A DNA stretch of 64,000 nucleotides from Balanoglossus misakiensis (taxonomy: Eukaryota; Animalia; Hemichordata): NCBI GenBank assembly GCA_040954595.2, contig CM082576.2, forward strand, positions 2,454,760-2,518,759, read 5' to 3'. The notes under the pieces were generated by a model. That model did no database searches and had not been told where the DNA came from. It saw only the letters and a list, made by a program, of their open reading frames with translations. How positions within the stretch are numbered: position 1 is the first letter of the stretch; each line of letters starts with the position of its first letter. A program made the translations under genes and the position numbers. This document shows, piece by piece, positions 49,865-62,950 of this stretch.

Positions 49865-52800
49865 TCATTCCATGTGCTTGGTACTTCGATTCTGGAGAGC
49901 TTTCTGTATATACTTCTGCGTTAGTTCTTTAATCAACTGAAATGTAAAAAAAAATAAAGGAGATAAATGTAGCTAGCTATGTACATTTATGCAATACTTA
50001 TTTTGTCTACGCTTATTAATCACAATTGACGACTCGACGACACTGGAATGGCACTGAACCAAATTCAAGCTTTCAAGTTTCGACTTTTCGACACGCATTA
50101 TTACAGTACCTGCGTTTTATTGTCATCGCTGATCTTCTCTTGCTGTCGTACCACCAGTCCCTTGACTCTGTCAATTACACTTTTAAAAAACATGACGGTC
50201 GGTATGGTGTTGTAGGGAGCTGGTAACACAGGTCCTCTGATGAACTCCATCCAGATTAGCGAGCGGGCAAACTTCCATTCGACGTCGACGTTTTTCTGTA
50301 GATACAAAGTTTCGTTACTAGCTACTGTATATCGCAGCATGGCCAATGTCGACTTAGGGGAGAACCGTTTGATTTCTAGGGGGGGGGGGGTTCCCAAAAA
50401 TTTTTCCAACCACTCTTAGGCCTACAGCAATTGTCTTTCGATTTGTGACAGATGGTTCGTCAATAAAACGCGACTCGTTTCAGGCAGAACTGCAAATGGC
50501 ATCATCTTTGGTTCTCTGATTCAACAACATACAGGTTTGCCAATATGTACAGATAGTTCTGTGTTAACTTACATATTTCAAACACAAGTCCAAATGTCGA
50601 ATAACCCTACCTGCACTTCAGCAAATGTATCTGACATCATCGCAATGCACAGATTCAAGAGGATCAGCAACACCAGGACACTGAACACGCCGTAGAGGGC
50701 AGTACCAACTGTCGTCCAGGTTTGAATTAGGCCGAATCCATTTCCGTTGCTCACGTTACCATGGTTACTGTATAAAGGCTGGCCGAAAAATTCGCCAGTA
50801 ATATTTTCTTTGACTTCTTCGCCAAAGATTGACCGTACCATTGAAGCGATTTCTACGACTAACCTGTAACGGAAGCAAACGGGTTTGCTGAGAGAGATTG
50901 CAATTTCTTCAATAGCAAGTAGAACTTGGAGGGGGGGGGGAGGCGAGGCATGGTTTCAGGTGAGTTTATAACAATAAACTTATTTTAGGATACACCTTCT
51001 ACGAATCATTGGCAGCCCGAAGGGTAAAACACTATAATGCTACAGTATGCTCAGTTCTGGATTGAGGGGAGAATTAAGGCTTCATCCGCAGAATACAAGG
51101 CACTTACTCATTCGGCGAACCGTCTTCGGAAAGAGATGTCTTGTGATTGAAGTAGAAGCCCAGGGTGAGAGAGCACGCCACGACAAAGAACAGACACATG
51201 AAGTTGAAGACTCCCGCCATCATGCGCGTGAACGACAAGAACATGGTTCCCAGCGGGTAACTGAGGTACACAAACTGTATGCACCGCAACCATGCTAGTG
51301 TTTGCAAAAACGACGACGTGTCGTCAAGTATGGTTAGAGTAGCGCCAACGCCATTGCTGCCCGCGTAGGCATGCACAGCGGCACCAATGCCGTCACTCGC
51401 CGTGCCCGCTGTGTCGGTACCTGCAGCAGCGCCGATACCGTCCATGACAGTGGCCGTGCCAGCAGTGCCAATACCGTCAATTACAGTGCCCGCGTCAACA
51501 ACATCTAGAGCAGAGCCAATGCCATTACTGATGGTCCCAGTGTCTGCGCCCATCGGAAACTTTATCTTCAGCGCGGTGTCGGGAAGCATCATGGTTAAGA
51601 TGACTATATCAAGAATATTCCACACGTCGCAAAAGTACTTGCGCAGGCCGTGGCAGAAAGCTTGTTGTATTTCTCCGACTATCAAACCCACGATTCCCGT
51701 GTTCACGAGGAATCCCAGGGCGAGGAAATCGGGCAGCGGCAATTTTAGAGGTAGCTCTCCCTGCATGCAAGCCAGCGGCAGGATTGTGACGTAGGAATAC
51801 AAGTAAGTGATAAATTTAGTTTTGGGGGACTTGATGAAGCCAGCCAGGAGCGAGCAAGGCACGAAGATATGAAGCAAAGCAAGGATAGGCTGCATGGTCC
51901 CACAGACGAGTAACCAGAACAGAACATAAAGCAGCGACCAACAGGTCCCGGTCTTCCTTAACCACCGCGGTTGTCCAGACATCCAGGCCGCATTAATCTC
52001 GTGCTGAGTTTTGGGATGGCAAACGAACTACACGGACAGAAGAAGACATACTAGTAGTTGGGGAGGTACATAACTCACGCACACACACACACATTAATAC
52101 TCCGATGCTGATCCTCGCAAATCGACCATTAGCAAGTGCAGAAGGGTGTAATGAGAAAGCCTTTCCGCCAATAATCTCATCTATACCAGTCGATTTGTCT
52201 TTCAATGAAAAAATGGAGAAGATTACCTTCTTTTGTTGTTTGTTGATTGCCTCGCGCACAACAATCCAGTCGTCCCTCTTCCAGGAGACGGTTTTCGATT
52301 TTCCAGTGCCGTGCAGAAGAGATAGCAACGTTTCTCTGTCTTTGCACAATTCCAGTAATTCGACAGTGAAGTCTTCTAGGCGTTCAGAAAGCGTCAGAAA
52401 ATCACGCTACATACAAACGAGAAGAAACTCAAAGATGTCGTTATTTGACCAACCACGGATGCTTTGCAAAGCGTCATCGCATCCATGGACAGGTGGCAAA
52501 AATCGAAAATTCGTCACTTACGTCATTAACTTTATCATGCAAACTTGACTCAGCCATGTGTCTCAACTTAGTTGACAGCTGGAAAGCGGACAAAAGAGGA
52601 TTTTCACTCGCGAAACACACGTAGGCAGGACTGGAGATGGCGCGATATCTCCTTAACCGTTGCAATCCAGTCATAAAATCTTCAGAATAATCTGTATAAA
52701 ACAAAGATGGTGGTAAATATATTCTGTACATTCAAAATAAAGGCATATGCAGAAACGACGTTCGAAAAAGCTGCCAAATTTTAGAGCTATGAAAAATTAA

Positions 52801-54237
52801 TTTGGCGGAGTCACCTGATAGTAGTAGGACCCCCTACCAAGATGTCAAACGTTCACCGTCCACCCCAACTCTTGAACTGAAGAACTTGGGGATCATTCTC
52901 GACTCCGCGTGTTATCATTTTTGGAATAATTTCACTGTCTAGTACCCTGGGACATCTCAAGCTTGTTCAAAACGAATACAGACACACATGGCTGCAGACC
53001 ATGCCGTACAATGGCGAGTGCAAGTAGACGCAGAAAAAAATGTAGAAAACGCGCGCCTGAATTTTTTGACGCTGCCTGCACTCCGAGTACAGATAAACGT
53101 GTCATTTAAATGATCTTCTGTCAAGACGACTTGGAATACGCAAATTCAAAGCCAGCGCACCTATCGAATCTGACGGGTTCTTTAATCTCTCGGCTCCCTT
53201 ACTGAAAAGATATTCAACCATCGGAAAGTCATTTTTCTCAGCCGCTACGAACAATGGCGTCACCTCAATCCCACCCAGATCAACTCTGCAGTTGACTTCA
53301 ACCCTTCCTTCCTGCGAAGTAGATAATAAAATAAATAGACTAACACTCAGGGAAATGCAATAAAAAGATTCTGTTTTAAAAAATGCGGCATTCTCAATCT
53401 TCCGGATCCCGCAACCTTTGCATATAATGGAGAAATGAGATCTCGTGGGCTATATGCGTCTAAGGTCTATTGAAAACTCCGATCGACTGCTAATAACGAA
53501 TTCGAATACCCCATTGGTTGATTAGATTTCCGTTGCGCATTCAATACTTCATATTATGTATTTTTTATAAATACCATCATCCAGATAAAGTCAAACAGTT
53601 CCTTAGGCTATAAAACAGCCCCCTGATTGTGGAATACCAGTTCGATTTACTGTATATCAATATAAGATTAACAGCCATGCAAAAATGATTTATTTATTTT
53701 CTGTATCGATATTTCTGACGATTTTACAGTTGGTTATAACCTTGCTATGTAAACACACACATTAAGTTTGTGTCATCATCCACACAGTGCAAATATCCAA
53801 ATGAATATTGACAAAAATATGTAGATCAGTAACAAGAAAGTTTTGCCAAGCGATGCGCACGCAGCATGGCAGGGAATCACGTATATGAAATTACTCGAAA
53901 TGTGAAACTCCCAAACGAAAATCCACAAACAATACGAAAAAATCAAAATACCTCCAGCCAAACTGATACTTTTTTGACGTCACCAACTTCAACCAAATTA
54001 AGGAATTCCGTATGTACGTTCTCTGGCTTGGCCTTGTCGAGGAAGAACCTCTCTCTCGAAGTAACTTTGAAGTACTCAAGTGTTTCTTCATCCGGCTCTG
54101 ATAAGTGTAAGGGAATTCAACAGACAGATCGACAGAATTAAAAATAGCATTGTGAATGACATTGTCACGTCGCATTGATTTGTCACTTGAATATGTACCG
54201 TAATTAAAATGTAGGACTCACTGAAATTTGGGAGCAT
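49865..54237 (-). CDS. Divergent short TRPC-like cation channel, paralogue A, ~697 aa
   Basis: Exons 54222-54237 (tentative), 53952-54097, 53161-53311, 52522-52691, 52227-52406, 51108-52027, 50611-50863, 50110-50295, 49865-49936; in frame. Ankyrin-like VTPLFVAAEKND, YRAISSPAY, NPLLSAFQLS, QKKFVCHP, WNILD, LLNLCIAMMSDTF, TRP box EWKFAR, LPAPYN. Confidence 0.9.
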
Positions 54238-55952
54238 ACTGGTGATACGGATGATGTCAATTGCGATCTCCAGGAATCAAAATGAACTGTGCAGACAAAA
54301 CAGTAAAAATGACACACTGTTTGTTGTGGCACCGTCCATCACAGAGAAATTGTGTTTGTTCATTGGTCTTTGTCTGGTGTCGTAATGACATAATTTGCAT
54401 AAAATATATTGTAATAATACGAGATTGTGTGAAATCCTGCCGACTGGCAACGAGATCCGAATTAAAACTATTCATATTTCTTTTGCAATCTTAACATGAA
54501 ATCCTGCTGTGCGTGACAACAATGATTGAAATAGTTCCCCCATAACTTTGAATATTATAAACACAATTACGCAAGTGGTATAGTTATGTTCACTTTGACA
54601 TGGTCCTTGCCCTCGCCCATTACATTAGTATCTTGTCAGCATTTCTATCCCTTTCAACGAGAACGCGCATCCCTGTCAATTGCCAGCGCTCAGCACTCAG
54701 CTAGTGTGGTATTGTAGACCTAAGAGAGTGATCAACTGTCTTCAAATCGTTAGAGGACCACGGTTACACTGTCCCACCAGACCCAGGTATTCGATATATG
54801 TTGTTCTTTATAGGCGGAAAAAGACCAAGCAACAATGCAAAGTAGGCCAGTCCTGCGGAATGACAAAGACGCATGACTGTATTATGTTTCTATATCTTTG
54901 AATGTGATGAATAATCTGACACGAAGACCATCGAACTGCGACTTCGAATTTCCAGATTTCCAAAAAAGTCAACAAGTTGACAAAAAAACGGATTGGGCGA
55001 CAGACTTATGACACTGGTCCCCTGTAGACTGTGCGAAGAAAAAAACTACCACGTGTGTTGTTCCAAAAGTTATATCCACTGCAGCTTTTTTCCCATCCAT
55101 CCATCAACTCACTCACTCACTCACTCATGTTCAAAGCCTGACTTGGCGTTTCTATTTATTTATTTACTCCCTTCGAAATGGAATGTTTGAGGTTCACTTA
55201 AATGTTAGAACGCCTGTCACTTGCACGGTTTGTTATTTATGTCGCATGAAATGTTGTATCGTCACATCTTCACACCAGAAATGTAATTTCGACATTCCAA
55301 ATAACCGCCAATTCTTACGTATCATGGGAATTTAATAAAGCAAATGTTAACGTCATCAACTATTTAGTAGGATCCGTTTTTGTGTCAAGTATGAAATTGT
55401 AGTTGTATCTGATTTCATATCATATCATAATTATTGTGCAATGGGAACGCAGCGCCTGGGGTGAAGTGGTATGTACAAATGCGTTTCTCAAAAGTTCAGT
55501 ATCCATAAACGATATTTAATCGTCAGTTTGAATGCTTGATTTCTTTCCAGGTTGAACTTTGTGTTGAAAGATACTATTTCGATTATTTAACTGGGATGTT
55601 ACAAAGGCACGTGTACTTTTGCCAAGAAATTTGTGGGGCTTAAATACCAAATCAATACCATAACGAGAAGATAAGGCATGAAGCTACCGTAGAGATTCCA
55701 CACACAGGCGGAGGGAGTGACGTAAGACTCGCCTGACTTGTCTGTCTGACTGTCATATAAACATGGTTTTCAAGGATTAGCTGACAGTGACACACATCAG
55801 AAATGTACACTTTAAGAAGATGTTAGTAAGGCTAATGCTTAGTTTGTTTGTTGTTGCAATTATTGATTTTTTCTGGACGGCCCTTAACTCTCCAATTTAT
55901 GTATTGCAGAGTCCATACAGCCATCAGAAGTGTTCATTGTCTTCATTGAAAA

Positions 55953-58900
55953 ATGCCGCTTCTTGAGGAAATCAGACACCGTGAGCACGAAAGAGCATTT
56001 ATTGAGTTAGTTGAAGAAGGCAATTTAAGAGACGTCGCTATGTGGATAGAGGTAATACGGTTAGTTACAAGTGTTGACAAGTTTAGCTGGTCGCGTTGAC
56101 ACATGTTTTAATAACCGGAAGGTGCATGAATTATTAGAATGACCTAACTAAGATACGATCGAAACATTTTACGCATAAAGGAGAGTGCATGTTTTGAATT
56201 TGCTATATCTTAGTTATGTTTTACACCACAGACAAATCGAGTCGATGTTAACCTTCAAGTGGTAAAAGAAGGAATTCATGTGACGCCATTAATGGTGGCA
56301 GCCGCGAATAACGATTCTGGAATGATCCGTCTCTTGCTGAGGAATGGAGCCGAAAAGCTCAAGGAACCACCCGATTCAACAGGTGGGTAAATCGTTAATT
56401 GTATGGTAGTGGCCCACAAATACGTTTCCCCCATGTTTACTGATTTCTCCGCGACTAAAACACCGAGAAAACGTATTTATAGGTCACTGTTGCAACGACC
56501 TTGTCAAACTCGCAGTGTTTTGATGATGACGTTAGAAACCGTTATCTTTTTCATATTAGGAGATATGGCACTTTGCCTGTCTGGTCCTAGTCCAGACATA
56601 CCAGAGTTCCAACCCCAGCGACAAAAAACATTATCTCAGATGCTACCATAAATGGCGTCACACGTCGTTATGCGAATTATTTCTGATCATTCCGTTCTTG
56701 TTTACACTACACGTACAGATTTTATAGCGGATTACGGCGATCTGGCGCAGCTCCTGCAGGAGTTTAACGCCCTCTGCAGTCCGGCGTACATCAGTTACAC
56801 AAGTCGAAATCCGTTTCTAACTGCATTTCGATTGTCAAGTAAATTGCGTAAGATGTCATCGAATAGAGTTCACAGTGTTCACAAGGTGAGTATCATTTGT
56901 TCAGACTCATCATTATAGACTGTAAAACTAGATTCGTAGCAGTGGCGCGAGCAGTCAGCCTTGACGAATAGTATACGTACTGACACTGACCAGGTGAACT
57001 ACTGCAGATGCAACCAGAAAGTGATTTTACTTGAAACTTGATTGTCTCGACTGTGGTGGGAGTATAATAAACTTAATACATTGGTGTTTTGCTGTCATTT
57101 AGCAAGAATACACGACTCTGGCTGAACGTCTGGACGATTTCACGGTGGAAATGTTGGAGTCGTGTGAAGACAGTGAACTTTTGTCCAGTTTGCTGTACGG
57201 TTCTGCGCAGTCGCAAAAGATGGTTCACGAAGCCATCGATAAACAACAGAAAAGGGTAATCGTTTTTTGTTTATTTCGCGGAATAGTTATCCTTTTACTC
57301 ATTCAAACAACACATGATAGCGAGATCAACAACCATCCTTCTTTTCTCCACAGTTTATCAGTCACCCACGCACTCACCACGTGTTGCGGTCAATCTGGAT
57401 GGATGGTCAGCCTAAGTGGTTGGATGAACCCGGGATCCTTCGGAAGTTTCTCTACGATCTGTTTCTATTCGTCGTCTGCGGGGCGTTGCAGCCATTCCTT
57501 GCTTTTGCGCATGTCTTCTTCCCTCGCTCACCACTGGCTAGATTCATCAACTCACCCAAGACTAAACTGGCCATGTTTCTATTCTCCTATAGCATTTTCC
57601 TGTTGGCTGTCTGCGTATTCCTTACATCCACGTCACGATATAAGAGAATCTCGTTCTTTCTCATGATCGTGTGGCTGGTAGGCTTGATGGTTAGAGAACT
57701 GCAGCTGGCGCTCTACCATGGCAAATACGTCAGCAATATCGGGAATGTTGTCGACGTTGGTTTATCTTTCCTTTTCTTCTTTTGTTTGTTTGGATTCATA
57801 ATTTTCTCTTCAGCGGAAACCTACTACCAGTTCTTGCACATAACAATTAACATATACACACTTGCTCTGATCTGCGCCCTCTTACGCTGCATGAAGTTCT
57901 TGTACCTCCAAAATCATCTCGGAGTTCTCCTGTTGATCTTTACACGCATGATGGCCAACGTGTTCTGGTTTGTCTGTGTCTTCGTCATTGTAATATTCGC
58001 ATTTGCGATGGGAATTTATTCGGATTACTTTTTATCACTGTCCGGAGAGGGAGCCCTGAACCAGCTGACCGAGTAAGTATATTCTTCCAAATTACACTCT
58101 TGTGAAACACCTGAACGTATTTGCTCGATAATAAATCTTGCGCATATTCAAACTATTTCAGATGTCGATTGCGAACGGTAATTGGGGAAAGGGAAAAATA
58201 CATAACAATGTATTTACCTGAAGATAAGAATAAAAAAAGCGCTTCTCAAAAGTAAAATCTCTGACAATTATCTTTTAGTATAAATTCAATTATTGGTCCA
58301 AATGGTGACTCTCATATTTCAAATATTACAGGCTTCGTGACAACATAACTTTGTTAGTTTGGACCATATTTGGAGAGGATACCACCCCCAAATCCAAGTG
58401 GTTACCATCGCCAACAAATGGCACAAATTTCACGTACAGTGGGATGACCAACACAACGCTGACGACTGCGCCGATTTACAGCACAGTCGGCCATATTGTT
58501 TATGGAGTATTTTGCATCCTGACGCTGCTGACTCTACTCATTCTGTGTATTGCAATGATGTCTGATACCTATAAAAAGATTAAGGTTAGAATTGTATGTG
58601 CACAAAAATGCGAGTCTGTGTGTGTCTCTCTCTCTATCTATCTGTCTGTCACTAACATAACTTTTGTTGTGAGATGTGGCATATGTAGGACCTAACCCAC
58701 ACGTCCCAAATTCAGTTTGAACGCTCAACCAACTGCGCAAGCACATGCTGGCCAGGTGTTACTATGCTCAGCTACACCCTTTACTTTCGCTGTATATGTG
58801 GGTGTTTGAGAGAGGGAGTAAAGTAGACAAATGCAGTCACGGTTGTTTAGGCCTAATAATCACCAACATTTTTGGATATCTCTGATTGACTTTTATCGCC

Positions 58901-59870
58901 CGTATCCTTCAGAAAAACATCGATGTCGAATGGAAATTTGTCCGTGTGGTCATCTGGATGGAATTTATCAGGGGACCCGTGCTGCCAGCTCCTTACAATA
59001 TCATACCAACATTCAAGTCGATCGAAAGTCTTGTGAACCTACTTAGAGGACATGCGTGGTTTAAGTGTCTTCAGCAACAGAAAGATCACGATAAAGAGCT
59101 GGTGAGATTGTCTTTCATACACGTCATTTACGGTTGAGGGTAAACAGAAACTAAGAAATGCGTTAATGTCTCAAGTTGTGACGCCTATATATATGATCTT
59201 ACAATTATTGATCTGTGTTCTTCATGTCACACAGCTCTGCAAGACAAGTCCAATTTGAGCGTACAGATGGATTTAACACAGTAAAATTGTGTCACATACA
59301 GGCATCGCAGTTGTTATGTGTGTAAACTCAAATACTCTCAATTTACATTCGCCACCAGGATATTTGTGAATCTGGACGAAGCTCAGAGTTTCCCCAACAG
59401 ACGGATGAATTGAAGTTTGACGAGGTAGGCCATTCATCACATTTGTAAACAAACGTAAACAGAAGGAAAACGACGATGTGAAGTGATAACATAAAATTTT
59501 ATTATTCCTGTCCAACCACAGAGGGAGGGAAGACGTGAAACATGGAAGTCAAAACATTTTGATCACATTTGCGCACGCATTGTGTTAGCAGTTACTATTT
59601 TAATACCCAATAATTCGTCAACGGTGTAAATGACCTAAGAAGTATATAATCAAGAAAAAACTATAATAAGTTATGACGTGGGCCGTTTTTTGTATGTTTT
59701 TCATTAGAAAAAATGTTCTTATGGATTTACATGGAAGAAGTATAATGTGTCCCTCAACCTTAAAGTTTTGATATTTTTTTCAGCTGCTTCGAATCATAAC
59801 AATTAAATTCGTCACCAAATCACTTCAGAAGCAAGAAAGACAAAACAGCCCAGTCCCGGACGGGGAATAA
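55953..59870 (+). CDS. Divergent short TRPC-like cation channel, paralogue B, ~605 aa
   Basis: Exons 55953-56051, 56232-56382, 56719-56885, 57103-57255, 57354-58072, 58332-58584, 58913-59101, 59784-59870 (1818 nt). Same intron positions and phases as paralogue A. VTPLMVAAANND, LCSPAY, NPFLTAFRLS, LVWTIFG pore helix, CIAMMSDTY, variant TRP box EWKFVR, LPAPYN. Confidence 0.9.
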
Positions 59871-60211
59871 TGCACGTCTTGGTGCAAGAGAAATGAGCGA
59901 TGGTAATATCAGAATTTGTGTCTCTAGCTATAAACTGACGACCACTTGCTATATTCGCCATTTCTGTTAGTATTGTACATTTCTTTTAAAAGTGGGGAAA
60001 TGTTCAGGTATTGTCTTTGAGTTTTAGGTTGCTTAATTTGGTTATGATGACATAGTCGGTCGCAGAATTCGAGAGTATGTCTGCTACTAAAAATCTACCT
60101 CTTTTTCCTGGCATAAAACATGATGAAGCAGATGGAAAGACAGACAGACAGACAAGGCATTCTCACAGCACCGCCTGATAGGCTGACTTTGTCACATGTC
60201 TTCTGTTGCAG

Positions 60212-60408
60212 ATCAGGCATCTGGAACCGCCACTGACTGGGCGTACGGGGACTTGGGAATAATCCATGCCTACACGGTTGAACTTCGAGATCGGGGTACA
60301 TACGGATTTCTGTTACCGGAACATGAAATACGCCCCACCAGCGAGGAACTCTTTGCCGGCATCAAAGAGATGGGAAAGATCTTACTAGAGGAGAAACAAA
60401 TCGATTAG
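60212..60408 (+). CDS. Terminal exon of an M14A zinc carboxypeptidase (A/B-like); upstream exons not found in this window
   Basis: Acceptor ttctgttgcag, then (Y)QASGTATDWAYGDLGIIHAYTVELRDRGTYGFLLPEHEIRPTSEE, with the catalytic Glu (ELRD) and GFLLP motifs; stop at 60408; AATAAA at 60586. Confidence 0.85.
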
Positions 60409-62456
60409 GAAATTCATACATGCTCTCAGAATCAAAATGAATGGGAAACTTGAATTTGTTGTCGCTCTTGGCGTAACAAGATTCATCAGCGGAGTAACTT
60501 GCATTAGCGTATGTGGAGAGGCTTGACTTTTGCGCTTGGGATTCTGGATGTAGATTACTGATATAAAAAGAACGTATTTTTACAAAATAAAACTGTACAG
60601 CAGTGTACTGCAGTGTACGTGTTTAACATAGTCCCTCCAAGCTTTGTTGCGTGACCGTTGTGTTTATAAGGAAGGTGAGAAACACGGAAGCCATGATGTC
60701 TATCAAAAGTAGTCCATGTAATGCAAAAAGTCACGATCTCTGTCTAAAACTAAAATAAAGTCTCCGCGAAACGTGTGGCAACATTTGTTACGCAGCCAAA
60801 ATTTTAAAAGCAACTGACAGATATTGCTCTGCGAATTACTTCTGCGTCGCTCTGTACATGTCACAAGATTGTACAGATGTCAAAACACACGTTTACTGTT
60901 GAACAATTTGCAGTTAATTTCATGCTACAGCGAACGCACTAATCTTACGTCACGATTCCATTATCAGACAGGCGGGGATTGAAAACGGAAGCAGCGTTTT
61001 CGTACACGTTATACAAAATTATATCATACGAAGCAATTTCGAATAAATCTTGCCGAATGACAGCTTTTTCAAGTAAGTGGCGGGCAACCGCAATATACTC
61101 ATTATCTGGCATTCTAAATGTTGGGTGAAGTGAAAGCTGAACGTTTCGAGCTGTCGCTTATAGTTTCCCGCCCGCGCGCTCTAAAAGCACACACAATCAA
61201 GAAAAGCAGGCTAACATGCCCGAGAACTAGTTCAAAACTACATCTTCTAAACCAGGGTGACTTTGGCAGCGCGGAGTTTTATTTGAAACCCGCATCCATA
61301 TCTTCTATCTTGTCACAGCTACCTTCAAGCTCTGAACAACTTTGTGTCGTCTGCAGGTAGCTTTGGTCCTGTTACAGGCCTATATGCATATTTACATCGC
61401 CAAGCATCTGTAGCGGCACACACCTGTAGCAGACATTGGACACGCCCATGCATTTGATCTTTTGCGCCTGCATTCTACCACACACAGCTACTAGTCTTTG
61501 TCTATTTTCAATTATAATTTTAATCCAGTGAAAAGATTCCATTCCCTTCCCTTCAACCTGATAAACACGAGCCTCTAAAAATCTGGTTCCATGCCTTCTT
61601 CTCTCAATCCACTGCGCATGTATCAAGGGCACATTCTCTGGTGACTATCAAAGTCCCTCCGAATTGCCATTGCTATCTGGTATTTTCCTATTTCGACTGG
61701 CAAATAAAACACGCAATTATCTACAGAGAACAATACAGACTTCGAATTGGGTTAATATTGACTTACACTGGGCAAAACAGACGGTGGAGACGGTTTTCTC
61801 CCATGACGTCATGTTACAATGCTATCCGTATTGTGAACACAATCACCTATACCCATATACTTGGCTAAAAGGGCGTGTCTAACTCTTCTAAAGAATATGT
61901 AGCGGCACTTTCTTTCGCGTGACAACCCTGGCACTGAAAATCTAGATCTCAACTTTCCATGGTCACTGTTAGCTATATTTGCATAGGTGATTGTACACCT
62001 TTAACTTTGCATTCCCGGTTGGATTCAGGGAACCCTCACTCACACTTCAAAGGGAAGTTTTGTGAGGAAAATATCTTGGGGAGGGGAAATAAAATACGAT
62101 AGCATATCCTGATATATAGTGACAGTGACTGATACCTTGGTTGTCACACACAAACATGAATAAATAAAGTATTTACATTCTTTAAAAAAAATGAGACGTG
62201 CCGTTTTTTCGCAGAACACAAAATTAGTGTAGACGTCGTTGGTTGCTTTAAATTTTGCATAATAGAAAGGGTACCTGTACTCGTCGGGGTCACACTCTCC
62301 CTTTGAATAAAATCTTCTCAGCTAACTAGATAAATATTCTTCATTGCGGACAGAAATCGCGTATCGGGATATTCGTGCACTGGGTGACACGATGTTCAAA
62401 AGAAACATCTTTGTGAACTCTGTAGCTTTCTGCGTTGCAGTGTGAGCTACGTTACG

Positions 62457-62950
62457 TTACGAGACACGGATTTCAACTGAATCGTCGCTGGCGTTATACA
62501 GGGCATTTCCATCCATGGTGAAAGAGTACGTACTGGGCAGGGTGTGCGACGCCCATCGGTATCCGTTGGCCGAGTTCGACAGTGTACACTTCCTGGAGTT
62601 CGGCGCAGGTTTCGAAATGTACGGCCTGTTCTCGCGCCCTTTGCGACAACAACAGCAGATGCAAAATAGGAGTGAAGTCAGGGCCACGATAACGCCGATG
62701 AGAAAGACGACGGCAACAGCCACGCTCAGATTTCCAAATGTGTAGGTGGAAGTGTTGACGCCTAGTGGAGTAAAGAGTACATGTAGATTAGATTTTCTTT
62801 GGTACCAACTATATCATAATCTTGCGAATGTTCGTAGTTCGTGCAAAATGAAATCAAAATAGGTCGAATAATCATTATCATTCAAGGTAAGTAAATTACC
62901 AGGGCCACGAAGCGAAGAGTAAATTGCCGGAAGGCCGTCTTGGACCTCCG
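62457..62950 (-). CDS. 3' exons of a single-pass membrane protein with a juxtamembrane Cys cluster; the gene probably continues to the right
   Basis: Exon 62900-62950 (phase 1-1, EVQDGLPAIYSSLRGP) and last exon 62457-62761 encoding VAVAVVFLIGVIVALTSLLFCICCCCRKGR plus a Tyr-containing tail. Confidence 0.6.

Noticed and set aside
51387-51794. 135-aa plus-strand ORF with repeats
   Set aside because: Antisense of the TRP-A transmembrane exon.
59235-59260. Possible alternative last exon of TRP-B (LCKTSPI*)
   Set aside because: The exon at 59784-59870 is homologous to TRP-A's last exon and has a stronger acceptor.
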